Of a stretch of DNA of 64,000 nt, positions 9,248 to 18,595 are shown piece after piece. The notes below the pieces were generated by a model. That model worked only from the letters and a program-made list of their open reading frames with translations, was not told the DNA's origin and ran no database searches. This stretch comes from Synergistaceae bacterium (lineage in GTDB: Bacteria > Synergistota > Synergistia > Synergistales > Aminobacteriaceae), in NCBI GenBank assembly GCA_017444345.1, contig JAFSWW010000080.1, positions 20,570 to 84,569 of the forward strand. The letters are read 5' to 3'. How positions within the stretch are numbered: the stretch's first letter is position 1; each line of letters starts with the position of its first letter. Position numbers and translations under genes: made by a program.

Positions 9248-10504
9248 ATGAAGATTACGGGGGGAATTCCTCTCAAAGGCACAATTAAGACTCAAGGCGC
9301 GAAAAATGCTGCTTTGCCCGTTATGGCTGTTGCTTTGTTATTGAGGGGTGAGACTCTGACGCTTGATAATGTCCCGGATTTGTATGATATTCACTCAATG
9401 ATGGAAATTTTGAGGACTCTGGGCGTTAATGTCGAATATAAACACGACGGCAGGAATTCACAGGCGATTTTCAGAGTCCCCGACGAACTAAAATGGGAAG
9501 TCCCTGAGTCTCTCGCTCGTAAAATGCGCGCTTCTTCTCTCATGTTAGGGCCGTTGCTTGCAAATTGCGGGCGGGTTTCTCTGCCATTGCCGGGGGGCTG
9601 TTCTATAGGAGCTAGACCCATAGATTTGCACTTGAAAGGTTTAAAGCAAATGGGCGCGGAAATCGACATTAAAGACGGAGTCGTTCATGCACGAGTAAAA
9701 GGCAGATTGCGGGGCCGGAGAATTTATCTTGACTTCCCATCAGTCGGAGCTACTGAAAATTTAATGATGGCTGCTTCTCTCGCGTCAGGTGAGACAATCA
9801 TAGAAAATATTGCGCGTGAACCTGAAATTGATAATCTAGCTGAAACTCTTAGATGTATAGGCGTAACTGTTGAGCTTGAAGGAGTCGGCGGTGTCAGAAT
9901 CAAGGGGATCGAGAAAGCTCATTCGGGCCGTGATAAAGTCATTCCCGACAGAATAGAGGCGTGTACTTATATTCTTGCAGGAGTAATGACTAACGGGCAT
10001 ATTAAAGTCGAAGATGTTATACCGTCTCACATTGATGCAATTCTCGCAAAAATGGAAGAGGCCCGCGCAAAATTTACAGTCAAGAAAAATGTCGTTGAAG
10101 TCTTCCCCGCTAAACGTCTTCACCCTGTTACTATTAAGACAATGCCATATCCCGGATTCCCGACTGATTCACAGCCTCAAATGGCCGCAGCTCTTTCACT
10201 GGCCGCAGGAGTCAGCACTATTGAAGAAAGCGTATTTCAAGCAAGATTTCTTTATGCTCAGGAATTAAATCGAATGGGCGCAAATATTCAGATTTCGAGG
10301 GATGTTGCTATAATTCGCGGAGTCGAAAATTTACACGGTGCGGCAGTAAAAGCTACTGACTTGAGGGCCGGGGCTGCTTTGATAATTGCGGGACTGGCTG
10401 CGAAAGGCGAGACTCGAGTCGAAGATATGATACACGTTTGGCGCGGTTATGAGGCCATTGACAAGAAATTAACGGACTTAGGAGCAAAAGTTGAACTCAT
10501 GTGA
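9248..10504 (+). CDS. murA: UDP-N-acetylglucosamine 1-carboxyvinyltransferase
   Basis: It contains GAKNAALP and the active-site Cys loop PGGCSIGARPIDLHLKG, and its length is typical of MurA. Confidence 0.95.
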   Translation: MKITGGIPLKGTIKTQGAKNAALPVMAVALLLRGETLTLDNVPDLYDIHSMMEILRTLGVNVEYKHDGRNSQAIFRVPDELKWEVPESLARKMRASSLMLGPLLANCGRVSLPLPGGCSIGARPIDLHLKGLKQMGAEIDIKDGVVHARVKGRLRGRRIYLDFPSVGATENLMMAASLASGETIIENIAREPEIDNLAETLRCIGVTVELEGVGGVRIKGIEKAHSGRDKVIPDRIEACTYILAGVMTNGHIKVEDVIPSHIDAILAKMEEARAKFTVKKNVVEVFPAKRLHPVTIKTMPYPGFPTDSQPQMAAALSLAAGVSTIEESVFQARFLYAQELNRMGANIQISRDVAIIRGVENLHGAAVKATDLRAGAALIIAGLAAKGETRVEDMIHVWRGYEAIDKKLTDLGAKVELM

Positions 10505-11324
10505 CTCGCTTAAAAATATAGAAATCTTTGCATTTGTCGGACCTGCAGGAACAGGCAAGAGTCATCGTGCGACTCATGTTGCCAAACAAAACGGGATTGA
10601 TATTATAATCGATGACGGTTTATTAATTTCACGAGGGCGAATTTTAGCAGGACGCAGCGCAAAATCAGAAATTAACAGACTCCGGGCAATTAGGCGCGCA
10701 ATTTTTGAATATCAGGATCACCGCGATGAAGTTGTCAAGTATCTCACAAAGAATCCCCCTAAAAGATTAATGATTCTTGCTACTTCTGATGATATGATCG
10801 TGAAAATTATTTCAAGGCTGGGGCTTAATTATCCGGAAAAATTTATATATATTTCTGATATTTCTACACCTGAAGAGATTAACGCGGCTTTACGTGAGAG
10901 ACGGGAGAAAAAACAGCATGTTGTCCCGGTAGCTAAGGCACAAATACAGCAGAATTTTGCGGGCAAACTCGTGAGTCAAATTCGGGGATTCTTCAGAGGG
11001 CGCGACAAAGAAGAAAGCAGCAATACTATAGTGAAGCCTTTATTTAGCTTTAACGGCCGAGTCAGTATCGAGTCAAATGCTATTATCGAAATGTGCAGAA
11101 AACTTTTAGAATTCCGCGGGCATGTCAAGAAAATACGTGATATTGATCTTGATATTTATGACGACAAAATAGAAATCACTATAGAGCTTGATTTAATTCT
11201 TGCTAACATGAACGCTTTATCGATCGCGAAAACTCTTCAGCGCAGACTCCGGTCAAGTATAAGCTATTTCACCGGCATGGACGTTAGACGCGTAAATATT
11301 CGAGTGAACGAAATTTTTTTATGA
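10491..11324 (+). CDS. Hypothetical two-domain protein: P-loop NTPase-like N-terminus and Asp23/Gls24-like C-terminus
   Basis: It has a Walker A motif (GPAGTGKSH). The last ~90 aa (FNGRVSIESNAIIEMCRKLL...YFTGMDVRRVNIRVNEI) resemble alkaline-shock (Asp23) family proteins. It uses a TTG start that overlaps the end of murA. Confidence 0.4.
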   Translation: MNSCDSLKNIEIFAFVGPAGTGKSHRATHVAKQNGIDIIIDDGLLISRGRILAGRSAKSEINRLRAIRRAIFEYQDHRDEVVKYLTKNPPKRLMILATSDDMIVKIISRLGLNYPEKFIYISDISTPEEINAALRERREKKQHVVPVAKAQIQQNFAGKLVSQIRGFFRGRDKEESSNTIVKPLFSFNGRVSIESNAIIEMCRKLLEFRGHVKKIRDIDLDIYDDKIEITIELDLILANMNALSIAKTLQRRLRSSISYFTGMDVRRVNIRVNEIFL

Positions 11325-11327
11325 ATC

Positions 11328-11921
11328 ATGGCTGATATAAATATTAATTCAATCTGGGAAGATTTAAGCAATCAAATTAAAAATTGCAATAAGTGCGTTT
11401 TATGCAAGACCCGCAAAAATGTCGTAGTCGGTGAAGGCAGGCGCGAAAATTGCAAGCTCGTAATAGTCGGAGAAGGCCCCGGCGAAACTGAAGACGAACA
11501 AGGCCGCCCATTTGTAGGGAATGCAGGCATTTTATTGACTCGTTTTCTCAATGACGCAAAAATAGACCGCGCCTCAATTTACATAACAAATATAGTGAAA
11601 TGCAGACCGCCGGGCAATAGAGACCCGTCAAAAAATGAGTCTTTCTTATGCAGCGAATTTCTCGAGTCTCAATTATTATTATTGCACCCTTCACTTGTCG
11701 TAACACTAGGCAAGCCCGCAACACAAAGCCTGCTAAATACAAGTAAGGGCATAACTCAACTGCGGGGGAACTGGGTAGACTGGCGGGGGATTCAATTAAT
11801 GCCGACATTTCACCCAAGTTATTTATTACGGCAGCACGCAAGAGAAGACTACGACAAATTAGTAAGTGTAGTGCGTAAAGATTTCGCCTCAGTTAGAATG
11901 AAACTCGACGCGCTGAAATAA
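11328..11921 (+). CDS. Family 4 uracil-DNA glycosylase (Fe-S type)
   Basis: It contains CNKCVLCKTRKNVVVGEG, GEGPGETEDEQGRPFVGNAG and HPSYLLR. Confidence 0.85.
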   Translation: MADININSIWEDLSNQIKNCNKCVLCKTRKNVVVGEGRRENCKLVIVGEGPGETEDEQGRPFVGNAGILLTRFLNDAKIDRASIYITNIVKCRPPGNRDPSKNESFLCSEFLESQLLLLHPSLVVTLGKPATQSLLNTSKGITQLRGNWVDWRGIQLMPTFHPSYLLRQHAREDYDKLVSVVRKDFASVRMKLDALK

Positions 11922-11946
11922 TTTATAAATAAGGAGCTGAAATATT

Positions 11947-12669
11947 TTGACAGAAATAATCACAAATAATGATAACTCAATAAGAAAGCCTAAGCACCTC
12001 GCAATAATTCTTGACGGCAACGGACGCTGGGCAAAGAAACGGGGACTCCCTCGATTAATGGGACATAGAGCAGGCCTGCGAAAACTTGAAAATATGGTCA
12101 GACTCGTTAAACGTGAAGGAATCAGATATTTTTCTGTATATGCATTCTCGACTGAAAACTGGAATCGCCCAGTAATGGAAGTTACCGGCCTTATGAGCCT
12201 ATTTCGTTATTATATCCGCCGAAAAGTTGACGAGATTAAATCAGAAGGCGCGAGAATAAGATTTTGCGGACGTAAAGACAGACTCCCTGAAGATTTATTA
12301 ACTCAAATGAAATGGGCTGAAGACTACACGGCCGATCAGAAAATTTTAGATTTTATTCTGTGCATTAACTACGGCGGGCGGGCTGAAATTCTTGACGCTG
12401 TGAACTCTCTTATAAATTCAGGTCATACCGGCCAAGTTACAGAAGGGGATTTGCGAAAACATTTTTATTTGCCCGATGTTCCTGACCCTGATTTAATAAT
12501 TAGAACGAGCGGCGAGTTAAGACTAAGCAATTTCTGGCTATGGGAATCAGCATACAGCGAATATTATTTTACGGATATACACTGGCCTGATTTTGACGAG
12601 GCAGAATTAAAGAAGGCACTTGACGATTACGCAGGGAGGGAGCGTCGTTATGGCGGGCTTAAAAGTTGA
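11947..12669 (+). CDS. uppS: Undecaprenyl diphosphate synthase
   Basis: It contains HLAIILDGNGRWAKKRGLPR, FSTENWNRP and RTSGELRLSNFWLWESAYSE. Confidence 0.95.
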   Translation: MTEIITNNDNSIRKPKHLAIILDGNGRWAKKRGLPRLMGHRAGLRKLENMVRLVKREGIRYFSVYAFSTENWNRPVMEVTGLMSLFRYYIRRKVDEIKSEGARIRFCGRKDRLPEDLLTQMKWAEDYTADQKILDFILCINYGGRAEILDAVNSLINSGHTGQVTEGDLRKHFYLPDVPDPDLIIRTSGELRLSNFWLWESAYSEYYFTDIHWPDFDEAELKKALDDYAGRERRYGGLKS

Positions 12670-13480
12670 TCGCGAGCTGCGTTTGAGGACTCTTAGCAGT
12701 ATAGTTATAGCCGGAGTCATTATATTTGCGATTTACACGGGCGGATTATTCTGGAAAATTTTAGCGGGATTAATAGCTATTATTTCACTCAGTGAATACT
12801 ATAAACTTTTAGGAAGGCTTGAGGGCGTGAGACTTTCACCGGGAATCGGCTATATTTTCTCGTTGATATTCTTAATTGCGGCAATGAGAGAGAATCCGCA
12901 GCCCATAGTATTAGCTATGATTCTTTCTTTGTGTGTGTTTGCTGTATTCATGCTTGAAGTTTTCAGGCGGCAGACGACAAAGGGCACGAGTTACGCAATT
13001 TCTAATTCAGGCGGAATTATTTCCGGAGTGATTTATATTTCGATTCCTTGGACTTGTATGATAATGCTGCGTGAATATGCTTTCGGGCGCGAGATGTTAA
13101 TAACTTTATTTGTTTGCACTTGGGCTTGTGATGTAGGAGCTTATATCGGGGGCAAATCTTTCGGGACTATAAAATTATGTCCGTATGTGAGTCAGGGTAA
13201 GACGATTCAGGGATTTGTCGCCGGCATAATCGGGAGTCTTCTTGCAAATGCCGTATTAATTTATTCATATAGTCTGCCTACTTATCCGACTATATTAATC
13301 GGGTTTATATGCGGTATTGCCGGACAATTCGGGGACTTGGCCGAGTCATTAATAAAGCGTGAGGCCGGGCAGAAAGATTCAGGAAATATTATCCCCGGAC
13401 ATGGCGGAATGCTTGACAGATTCGACAGTATTTTATTTAACGGGCTGTTAACTTACTTAGCACTGAGGGTGATACTATGA
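12650..13480 (+). CDS. cdsA: Phosphatidate cytidylyltransferase
   Basis: It is polytopic and has the C-terminal signature SLIKREAGQKDSGNIIPGHGGMLDRFDS. I prefer the internal Met (MAGLKV) as the start. Confidence 0.85.
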   Translation: MAGLKVDRELRLRTLSSIVIAGVIIFAIYTGGLFWKILAGLIAIISLSEYYKLLGRLEGVRLSPGIGYIFSLIFLIAAMRENPQPIVLAMILSLCVFAVFMLEVFRRQTTKGTSYAISNSGGIISGVIYISIPWTCMIMLREYAFGREMLITLFVCTWACDVGAYIGGKSFGTIKLCPYVSQGKTIQGFVAGIIGSLLANAVLIYSYSLPTYPTILIGFICGIAGQFGDLAESLIKREAGQKDSGNIIPGHGGMLDRFDSILFNGLLTYLALRVIL

Positions 13481-14583
13481 TAAATCTTGCAGTAATAGGA
13501 GCGACGGGCAGTGTCGGGAGTTCTGTAATGTCAGTGTGTGAGGCTTGGCCCGATAAAATCTGCGTGAAGGCAATCGCGGCTAATTCAAGATCAGAGAAAT
13601 TATTAAATCTCGCTGGAAAATTTAATGTAAAAAAAGTATATATCTATCAGGAATCCGGCGAGTCAGGGCTTGAAGAGATAGCTAATGATCCTGAAATAAA
13701 TCATATAGTTTTCTCGTCTTCAGGAACTGACGCAATAAAAGCACTATGCACCGCGCTAAAATCAGGTAAAAATATTTCACTCGCAAATAAAGAAAGTATC
13801 GTAGTAGCCGGTAAATGGGTAATGCCCCTAATAAATCATCCTGAACAACTGCGCCCAGTTGACAGCGAACATAATGCGATTTGGCAATGTTTACACGGTG
13901 AAAATAAAAAATTTATCCGCAAAATTTTCTTAACAGCATCGGGAGGGCCGTTCAGAAATTATAATCATGAGCAGCTAAAAAATGTAACTCCGGAAATGGC
14001 CTTAAATCATCCGGTTTGGAACATGGGCGCAAAAATTACGATTGACAGTGCTACACTCATGAATAAGGGCATAGAATTAATAGAAGCAATGTTCTTATTT
14101 GGACTCGAGTCTTCACAAGTCGACGCGTTTATTTCGCCGGGGTCATTCGTTCATGGCTTGATAGAATTTGAAGACGGGAGCGTGAAATTATTAGCTGCTG
14201 AACCTGATATGAAATTGCCGGCTGCCTCTGCTATTTTCTGGCCTGAAAGATTCTTCCCGTGTGAAAGTTTCAAGCGGCCCGATTTTCTCTCACATGAGAT
14301 AAAATTTTTTGATATTGATATTACGAGATTCCCCGCAATGAGAATCGCCCGTGAAGTCATGCGCATAAAGGGAGCTGCTCCGGCTGTAATGGTAGGTGCT
14401 GACGAGATAGCGGTAAATTTATTTTTATCGGGACAAATAGGATTTAATGATATTGCGGCACTCGTTGAAGAGACTTTAAATAATTGCAGCTTGAGCGAGC
14501 CGGGTAGTCTTGATGACGCTATAGAATGTCTTAATAATGCGAGAATAAAAGCTCGTGAACTCTCTAAAAAATTTGCGGTGTAA
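13477..14583 (+). CDS. dxr: 1-deoxy-D-xylulose-5-phosphate reductoisomerase
   Basis: It contains IGATGSVGSS, LANKESIV, DSEHNAIWQC and NKGIELIEA. The uppS-cdsA-dxr order is conserved synteny. Confidence 0.95.
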   Translation: MINLAVIGATGSVGSSVMSVCEAWPDKICVKAIAANSRSEKLLNLAGKFNVKKVYIYQESGESGLEEIANDPEINHIVFSSSGTDAIKALCTALKSGKNISLANKESIVVAGKWVMPLINHPEQLRPVDSEHNAIWQCLHGENKKFIRKIFLTASGGPFRNYNHEQLKNVTPEMALNHPVWNMGAKITIDSATLMNKGIELIEAMFLFGLESSQVDAFISPGSFVHGLIEFEDGSVKLLAAEPDMKLPAASAIFWPERFFPCESFKRPDFLSHEIKFFDIDITRFPAMRIAREVMRIKGAAPAVMVGADEIAVNLFLSGQIGFNDIAALVEETLNNCSLSEPGSLDDAIECLNNARIKARELSKKFAV

Positions 14584-14585
14584 TT

Positions 14586-15386
14586 ATGCGCTTAACTATG
14601 TTAGGAACAGGAAACGCCCTCGTTACTGAATGTTATAATACCTGCTTTGTTATGAGATCTGACTCCGGCAATGTTTTAATTGACACAGGCGGCGGAAATT
14701 ATATTTTGCATCAGTTAAAGCGCGCTAATCTTGATTTACAGGATATTCACGACATTTTTATAACTCATTCGCATATAGATCACTTGTTAGGCCTAATTTG
14801 GATAATAAGAATCTCAGCCCAGCGCATGAATAAGAATAAATTTGACGGGAATATAAATATTTACTCTCATGATAAAGTGTTAAATCTTATAATTGAACTC
14901 GCTGATAAATTATTATTGCCGTATCAGGCCGGTTTTATCGGGAAGCGGATTCATTTAATAAATATCGACAATCACGAGTCAAGAAAGATAGCGGGGCTTG
15001 ACTTCACATTTTTTGATATAGGCTCAAATCGCACTAAACAATTCGGGTTCAGCGTGAAATATGACGGCTCGAAAAAATTAACCTGCTGCGGTGATGAGCC
15101 ATGCAAGAAAGAAAGCGAGATTTACGTAAATAATTCTGACTGGCTTTTACATGAGGCGTTTTGCTTATATTCTCAAGCTGATAGATTCAAGCCCTATGAA
15201 AAAAATCACTCGACAGTGAAGGACGCAAGCGAGCTAGCACAAAGATTACACGTTAAAAATTTGCTGTTATATCACACTGAAGACGAGAATTTATTAAACC
15301 GGCGCGAATTATACACTCAAGAAGCAAAAAATTATTTCACCGGCAATATTTTTATACCCGATGATTTAGAGACTCTTACGCTGTAA
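14586..15386 (+). CDS. MBL-fold metallo-hydrolase
   Basis: It has the HxHxDH motif (THSHIDHLLG) and a later HTE. Confidence 0.7.
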   Translation: MRLTMLGTGNALVTECYNTCFVMRSDSGNVLIDTGGGNYILHQLKRANLDLQDIHDIFITHSHIDHLLGLIWIIRISAQRMNKNKFDGNINIYSHDKVLNLIIELADKLLLPYQAGFIGKRIHLINIDNHESRKIAGLDFTFFDIGSNRTKQFGFSVKYDGSKKLTCCGDEPCKKESEIYVNNSDWLLHEAFCLYSQADRFKPYEKNHSTVKDASELAQRLHVKNLLLYHTEDENLLNRRELYTQEAKNYFTGNIFIPDDLETLTL

Positions 15387-15397
15387 AAATTTATATT

Positions 15398-15437
15398 TGT
15401 GTGAGGAATAAATTATTAAGCCCTGACTCCTCACACA
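15398..15437. terminator. Long hairpin between convergent genes
   Basis: tgtgtgagga (15398-15407) pairs with tcctcacaca (15428-15437). The loop is 20 nt, which is large for a canonical terminator. Confidence 0.4.
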
Positions 15438-15497
15438 TTAAGACTCACGAGTTCTTAAGCAGCTGGCATTATTTATTATGAGCCGACTCCCGTTAAA

Positions 15498-17162
15498 TCA
15501 CGAGTTAAAAATTTGTCTATCTATCATATTTTCATGAGAGGCCGCTATAAGTGTAGCCATTGTAGACCCGTAAGCATTTACTATCGAGCTTACCATATCG
15601 ATTCCCGGGGCAATTGACATTAAAAGCGCGATTGCTTCAATAGGGCAGCCTATCATTACTAGAATCGCAGAAATTGATATAAACGTCCCCCCCGGTATAA
15701 CTGGAGCAGCAAGACCGAGCATTAAAAACGTGAAAATCATTGACAGCGCTGTTAAAGGCTCTATATTTATCCCGTATATATAAGCAAGTGTCAGAGTTCC
15801 CAGTGATAATTGTATACAGCTTCCGAGCTTATTTATTGCAGTTCCCAGTGATATAGAAATCGTGTAGAGTTTAGGACTGACTCCCATTTTTTCGCAGGAT
15901 TTAAGATTTTCGGGAATTGCGGCACTGCTCGAACATGATACAAAAGATGTAACGATAACCGGCATTGTTTTAAGCAAAATTTTTACAGGGCTTAATCTTC
16001 CTATGAAGGCAGCCAGCAGAATAGTTATTATAATTACCGCAATAAAAGCTGTCTCGAACGCTATTAATATCCCGATTAGTGATGTCATAGTTTTGCCGCC
16101 TATTGTAATAATCAGCGACGTTACAGAACAGAATACTACAAAGGGAATAAATTTCATTATTAAAGTAGTAATCTGCATAAAAATTGTATTGCACTCGTCG
16201 AGAAATTTTTTAAATGTGCTAGTTCCTGTTTTAATCACAGCCCAGCCCAAGAAAACAGCAAGGACTATTAATTGCAGCATATCACCGTTCAAGAAAGGTT
16301 TAACAAGATTGTCAGGGAATATATTTATAATTGTGTCGCGGACTGAGACCGAGCCGGAAATAATATTACTTGTATTTATTGAATTTGTTACTATATTTGC
16401 GCCCGGCTTTAAAGTGTAAAATGTTATCATGCCTGTAATAAGCGCGAGAATTTGCAGCAAAATAAAACATATTGACAGAGTCCAGCCGATTTTCTTCAAG
16501 TCTGAAAGATTCCCGATATTGGCAATACATGACGCGACGGAGAAAAATACAAGTGCTACAGCGCATAATTTAAGGCAATTCATAAAAATTTTATTCACGC
16601 TCGATAAAAACATGTCATTAAAATAAACGCAGGCAGCCTCAGACGCAAAATTTTTCATGAGAAAGCCGGTTATTAACGCAAGAATTAAAGCCGCTCCGGT
16701 ATAATAAAGTGAAGTATAGGGGGATTTTGACGCGGTTATAATTATAGAGTTCGTGCCCCTGTGATGTTTATAATGCAATTTTCCGGCAAATGATTTAATA
16801 AGTAAATTCGAGATTGCGTCGGCCGTTTCGTCTGAAATATTCTCTTGATTGAAGTCTATACCAAGATTTAGGCTGTCTTCAAAGTCAAATTTTTGTCCCT
16901 TAACTGATATATTTATTTTGACGCTGCCAAAAAATTTTTTGATATTTATGAGAATCTTATTATTTGCTGTATTATCCGAGTGTTCAAGCAATTTATTAAT
17001 ACACTCTTCAGACATTAATTGAGCGCGGGTTAATTCTCTGTTATTCGTGATATATTTTCCTGTCTCGTTATAAATAAATTCCATAGCTCCCGACAAATTT
17101 TTAGAGTCCGCATTAAATTCTTGATATGACAAAATTCTCCGCCCCCTGAGTCTTGAAATCAT
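15498..17162 (-). CDS. Dicarboxylate/amino acid:cation symporter (DAACS/GltP-like) with an extra N-terminal cytoplasmic domain of about 150 aa
   Basis: The C-terminal ~400 aa is polytopic with SLC1-like segments (SSSAAIP..., GTLTLAYIYG, PGGTFISI). The first ~150 aa are soluble and not typical of this family. Confidence 0.7.
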   Translation of the reverse strand: MISRLRGRRILSYQEFNADSKNLSGAMEFIYNETGKYITNNRELTRAQLMSEECINKLLEHSDNTANNKILINIKKFFGSVKINISVKGQKFDFEDSLNLGIDFNQENISDETADAISNLLIKSFAGKLHYKHHRGTNSIIITASKSPYTSLYYTGAALILALITGFLMKNFASEAACVYFNDMFLSSVNKIFMNCLKLCAVALVFFSVASCIANIGNLSDLKKIGWTLSICFILLQILALITGMITFYTLKPGANIVTNSINTSNIISGSVSVRDTIINIFPDNLVKPFLNGDMLQLIVLAVFLGWAVIKTGTSTFKKFLDECNTIFMQITTLIMKFIPFVVFCSVTSLIITIGGKTMTSLIGILIAFETAFIAVIIITILLAAFIGRLSPVKILLKTMPVIVTSFVSCSSSAAIPENLKSCEKMGVSPKLYTISISLGTAINKLGSCIQLSLGTLTLAYIYGINIEPLTALSMIFTFLMLGLAAPVIPGGTFISISAILVMIGCPIEAIALLMSIAPGIDMVSSIVNAYGSTMATLIAASHENMIDRQIFNS

Positions 17163-17196
17163 GAAATTATAAATTATTCTATCACAATCACATTTT

Positions 17197-18072
17197 TTAT
17201 ATTATCGAGAAATATTCAAGAAATTTTCTAGCTGCCTTAGTGAAATATGCGTCCTTTTTCCATGCTAGAACGAGTCCGGCCTTAATTTCAGGTCTAAACG
17301 GTATAAATTTTAACTTGTTTTCAGTGAGAGTGCTTATTATTCCCTCGATTGTAACGAGCAGACCAAGCCCCTCACGCACCATTATTGACGCATTAAATGC
17401 AAGATTATGAGTCCCGATAATATTTAAATTTTCAAGTGGATAGCCCAGCCAGTTAGAGAATTCGCCCTGTGATTTTGCCTGATGAGAGAATAATAATTCA
17501 CGCCCGCGCAAGTCTTCAGGGGTAATAAAACTTTTTATTGATAATTTATCGCTGAGTCTCACAATTACGCCCCATCTGTCTGAATCAGGAAGAGAGACGC
17601 AATTATATTTATCGAGATTGACTTTACCGACAAATAAGCCGAAATCAATTAATCCCTTGTCAAGTTTTTCCGTTATGTCTTCAGAGTCGCCGCTAATCAT
17701 GCGATATTTTATGCCGGGGTGATCTTCACGCAAAGATTTTATTATTTTCGCTAAATGCCTGACTCCTGATGTTTCTCCTGCGCCTATATAAACAGTTCCG
17801 GTAATATTTGCATTATCTGAATTAACAAGTTCCGCTAAAGTTTTTGCCTCAAGTTCTATAATTTCTCGCGCCCGTTCCTTGAGTAATATGCCGTCTTCTG
17901 TGAGCTTGATATTATAATTTGTGCGTATATATAATTTTTTGCCGGTTTCTTGTTCTAACATTGCGATTTGACGTGAAAGAGTCGGCTGTGTTAAGTGCAA
18001 TTTTAAGGCAGCTTTTGTTACGCTCTCCTGCTCGGCTACTTCAAGAAAATATTTTAGCGTTCTTAATTCCAT
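17197..18072 (-). CDS. LysR-family transcriptional regulator
   Basis: It has an N-terminal wHTH (MELRTLKYFLEVAEQESVTKAALKLHLTQPTLSRQI) and a LysR substrate-binding fold of the expected length. Confidence 0.85.
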   Translation of the reverse strand: MELRTLKYFLEVAEQESVTKAALKLHLTQPTLSRQIAMLEQETGKKLYIRTNYNIKLTEDGILLKERAREIIELEAKTLAELVNSDNANITGTVYIGAGETSGVRHLAKIIKSLREDHPGIKYRMISGDSEDITEKLDKGLIDFGLFVGKVNLDKYNCVSLPDSDRWGVIVRLSDKLSIKSFITPEDLRGRELLFSHQAKSQGEFSNWLGYPLENLNIIGTHNLAFNASIMVREGLGLLVTIEGIISTLTENKLKFIPFRPEIKAGLVLAWKKDAYFTKAARKFLEYFSII

Positions 18073-18142
18073 TTATAAATAATACACTCCTGACTGCGAT
18101 AAAATTATTTATTATTTTATATAATGACTCGTGAATATAAAA

Positions 18143-18405
18143 ATTTTTTGCGTGATTTATATATTTTAGCGTAAATAGTGCCGCCTGCTGGAAAATATTT
18201 TATTGCAAGTATTAAATTTGCCGGGATTTATTGCTAGATTATATAGTCATGAAAATTTTTCACGTAAATAGTGCATCATGTAAGAGAAATATTATAAATT
18301 TTTTTGCCGGGATTCATATATTTTAGTGTAAATAGTGCTGACTGCTGGAAAATATTTTATTGTGAGTATAAATTTTTGCCGGGATTTACTGCCAAATTAT
18401 ATTAT
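18143..18405. repeat. Two copies of an AT-rich direct repeat of about 105 nt, plus a partial third copy
   Basis: The unit ...atatattttagYgtaaatagtgcYgMctgctggaaaatattttattgYRagtat(t)aaattt(tt)gccgggattta... occurs at about 18143-18247 and about 18298-18405. The core gtaaatagtgc recurs three times. The sub-repeat tttgccgggatt occurs three times, with a degenerate fourth copy (ttttgcgtgattt) at the start of unit 1. Confidence 0.6.
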
Positions 18406-18595
18406 GCGTTATGCGTTGAAATATTTTAGTGCCTGCCTTATTCTCATAATAAATTTTATAGTAAAAATAGTTAAGTCCTGAGTGGTTACGTCCGATAACG
18501 ACCTACACCCGAAATGCAGTCCGCCAATGCCCCTAACTATTTTGTAAATACTATCACATTATATATAATTTATCAGGGAGGTCATAATAAACAAA

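Noticed and set aside
12620-12649. Long N-terminal extensions for cdsA (12620), rsmG (20375), rpsO (5742), gspG (38338) and citG (36457).
   Set aside because: Internal Met codons give family-typical N-termini and lengths and shorten the overlaps with upstream genes. For gspG an AGGAGG also precedes the internal ATG. The extended forms overlap upstream genes heavily.
18139-18460. A CRISPR array in the LysR/hisB spacer.
   Set aside because: The repeats are about 105 nt or about 13 nt long, imperfect (about 85% identity), AT-rich and irregularly spaced. There are no unique spacers of uniform length and no cas genes.
18476-18500. A T-box riboswitch upstream of hisB.
   Set aside because: Only a loose match to the T-box core was seen. 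There is no Stem I, specifier loop, AG bulge or terminator/antiterminator pair. I kept it only as a low-interest structural observation.
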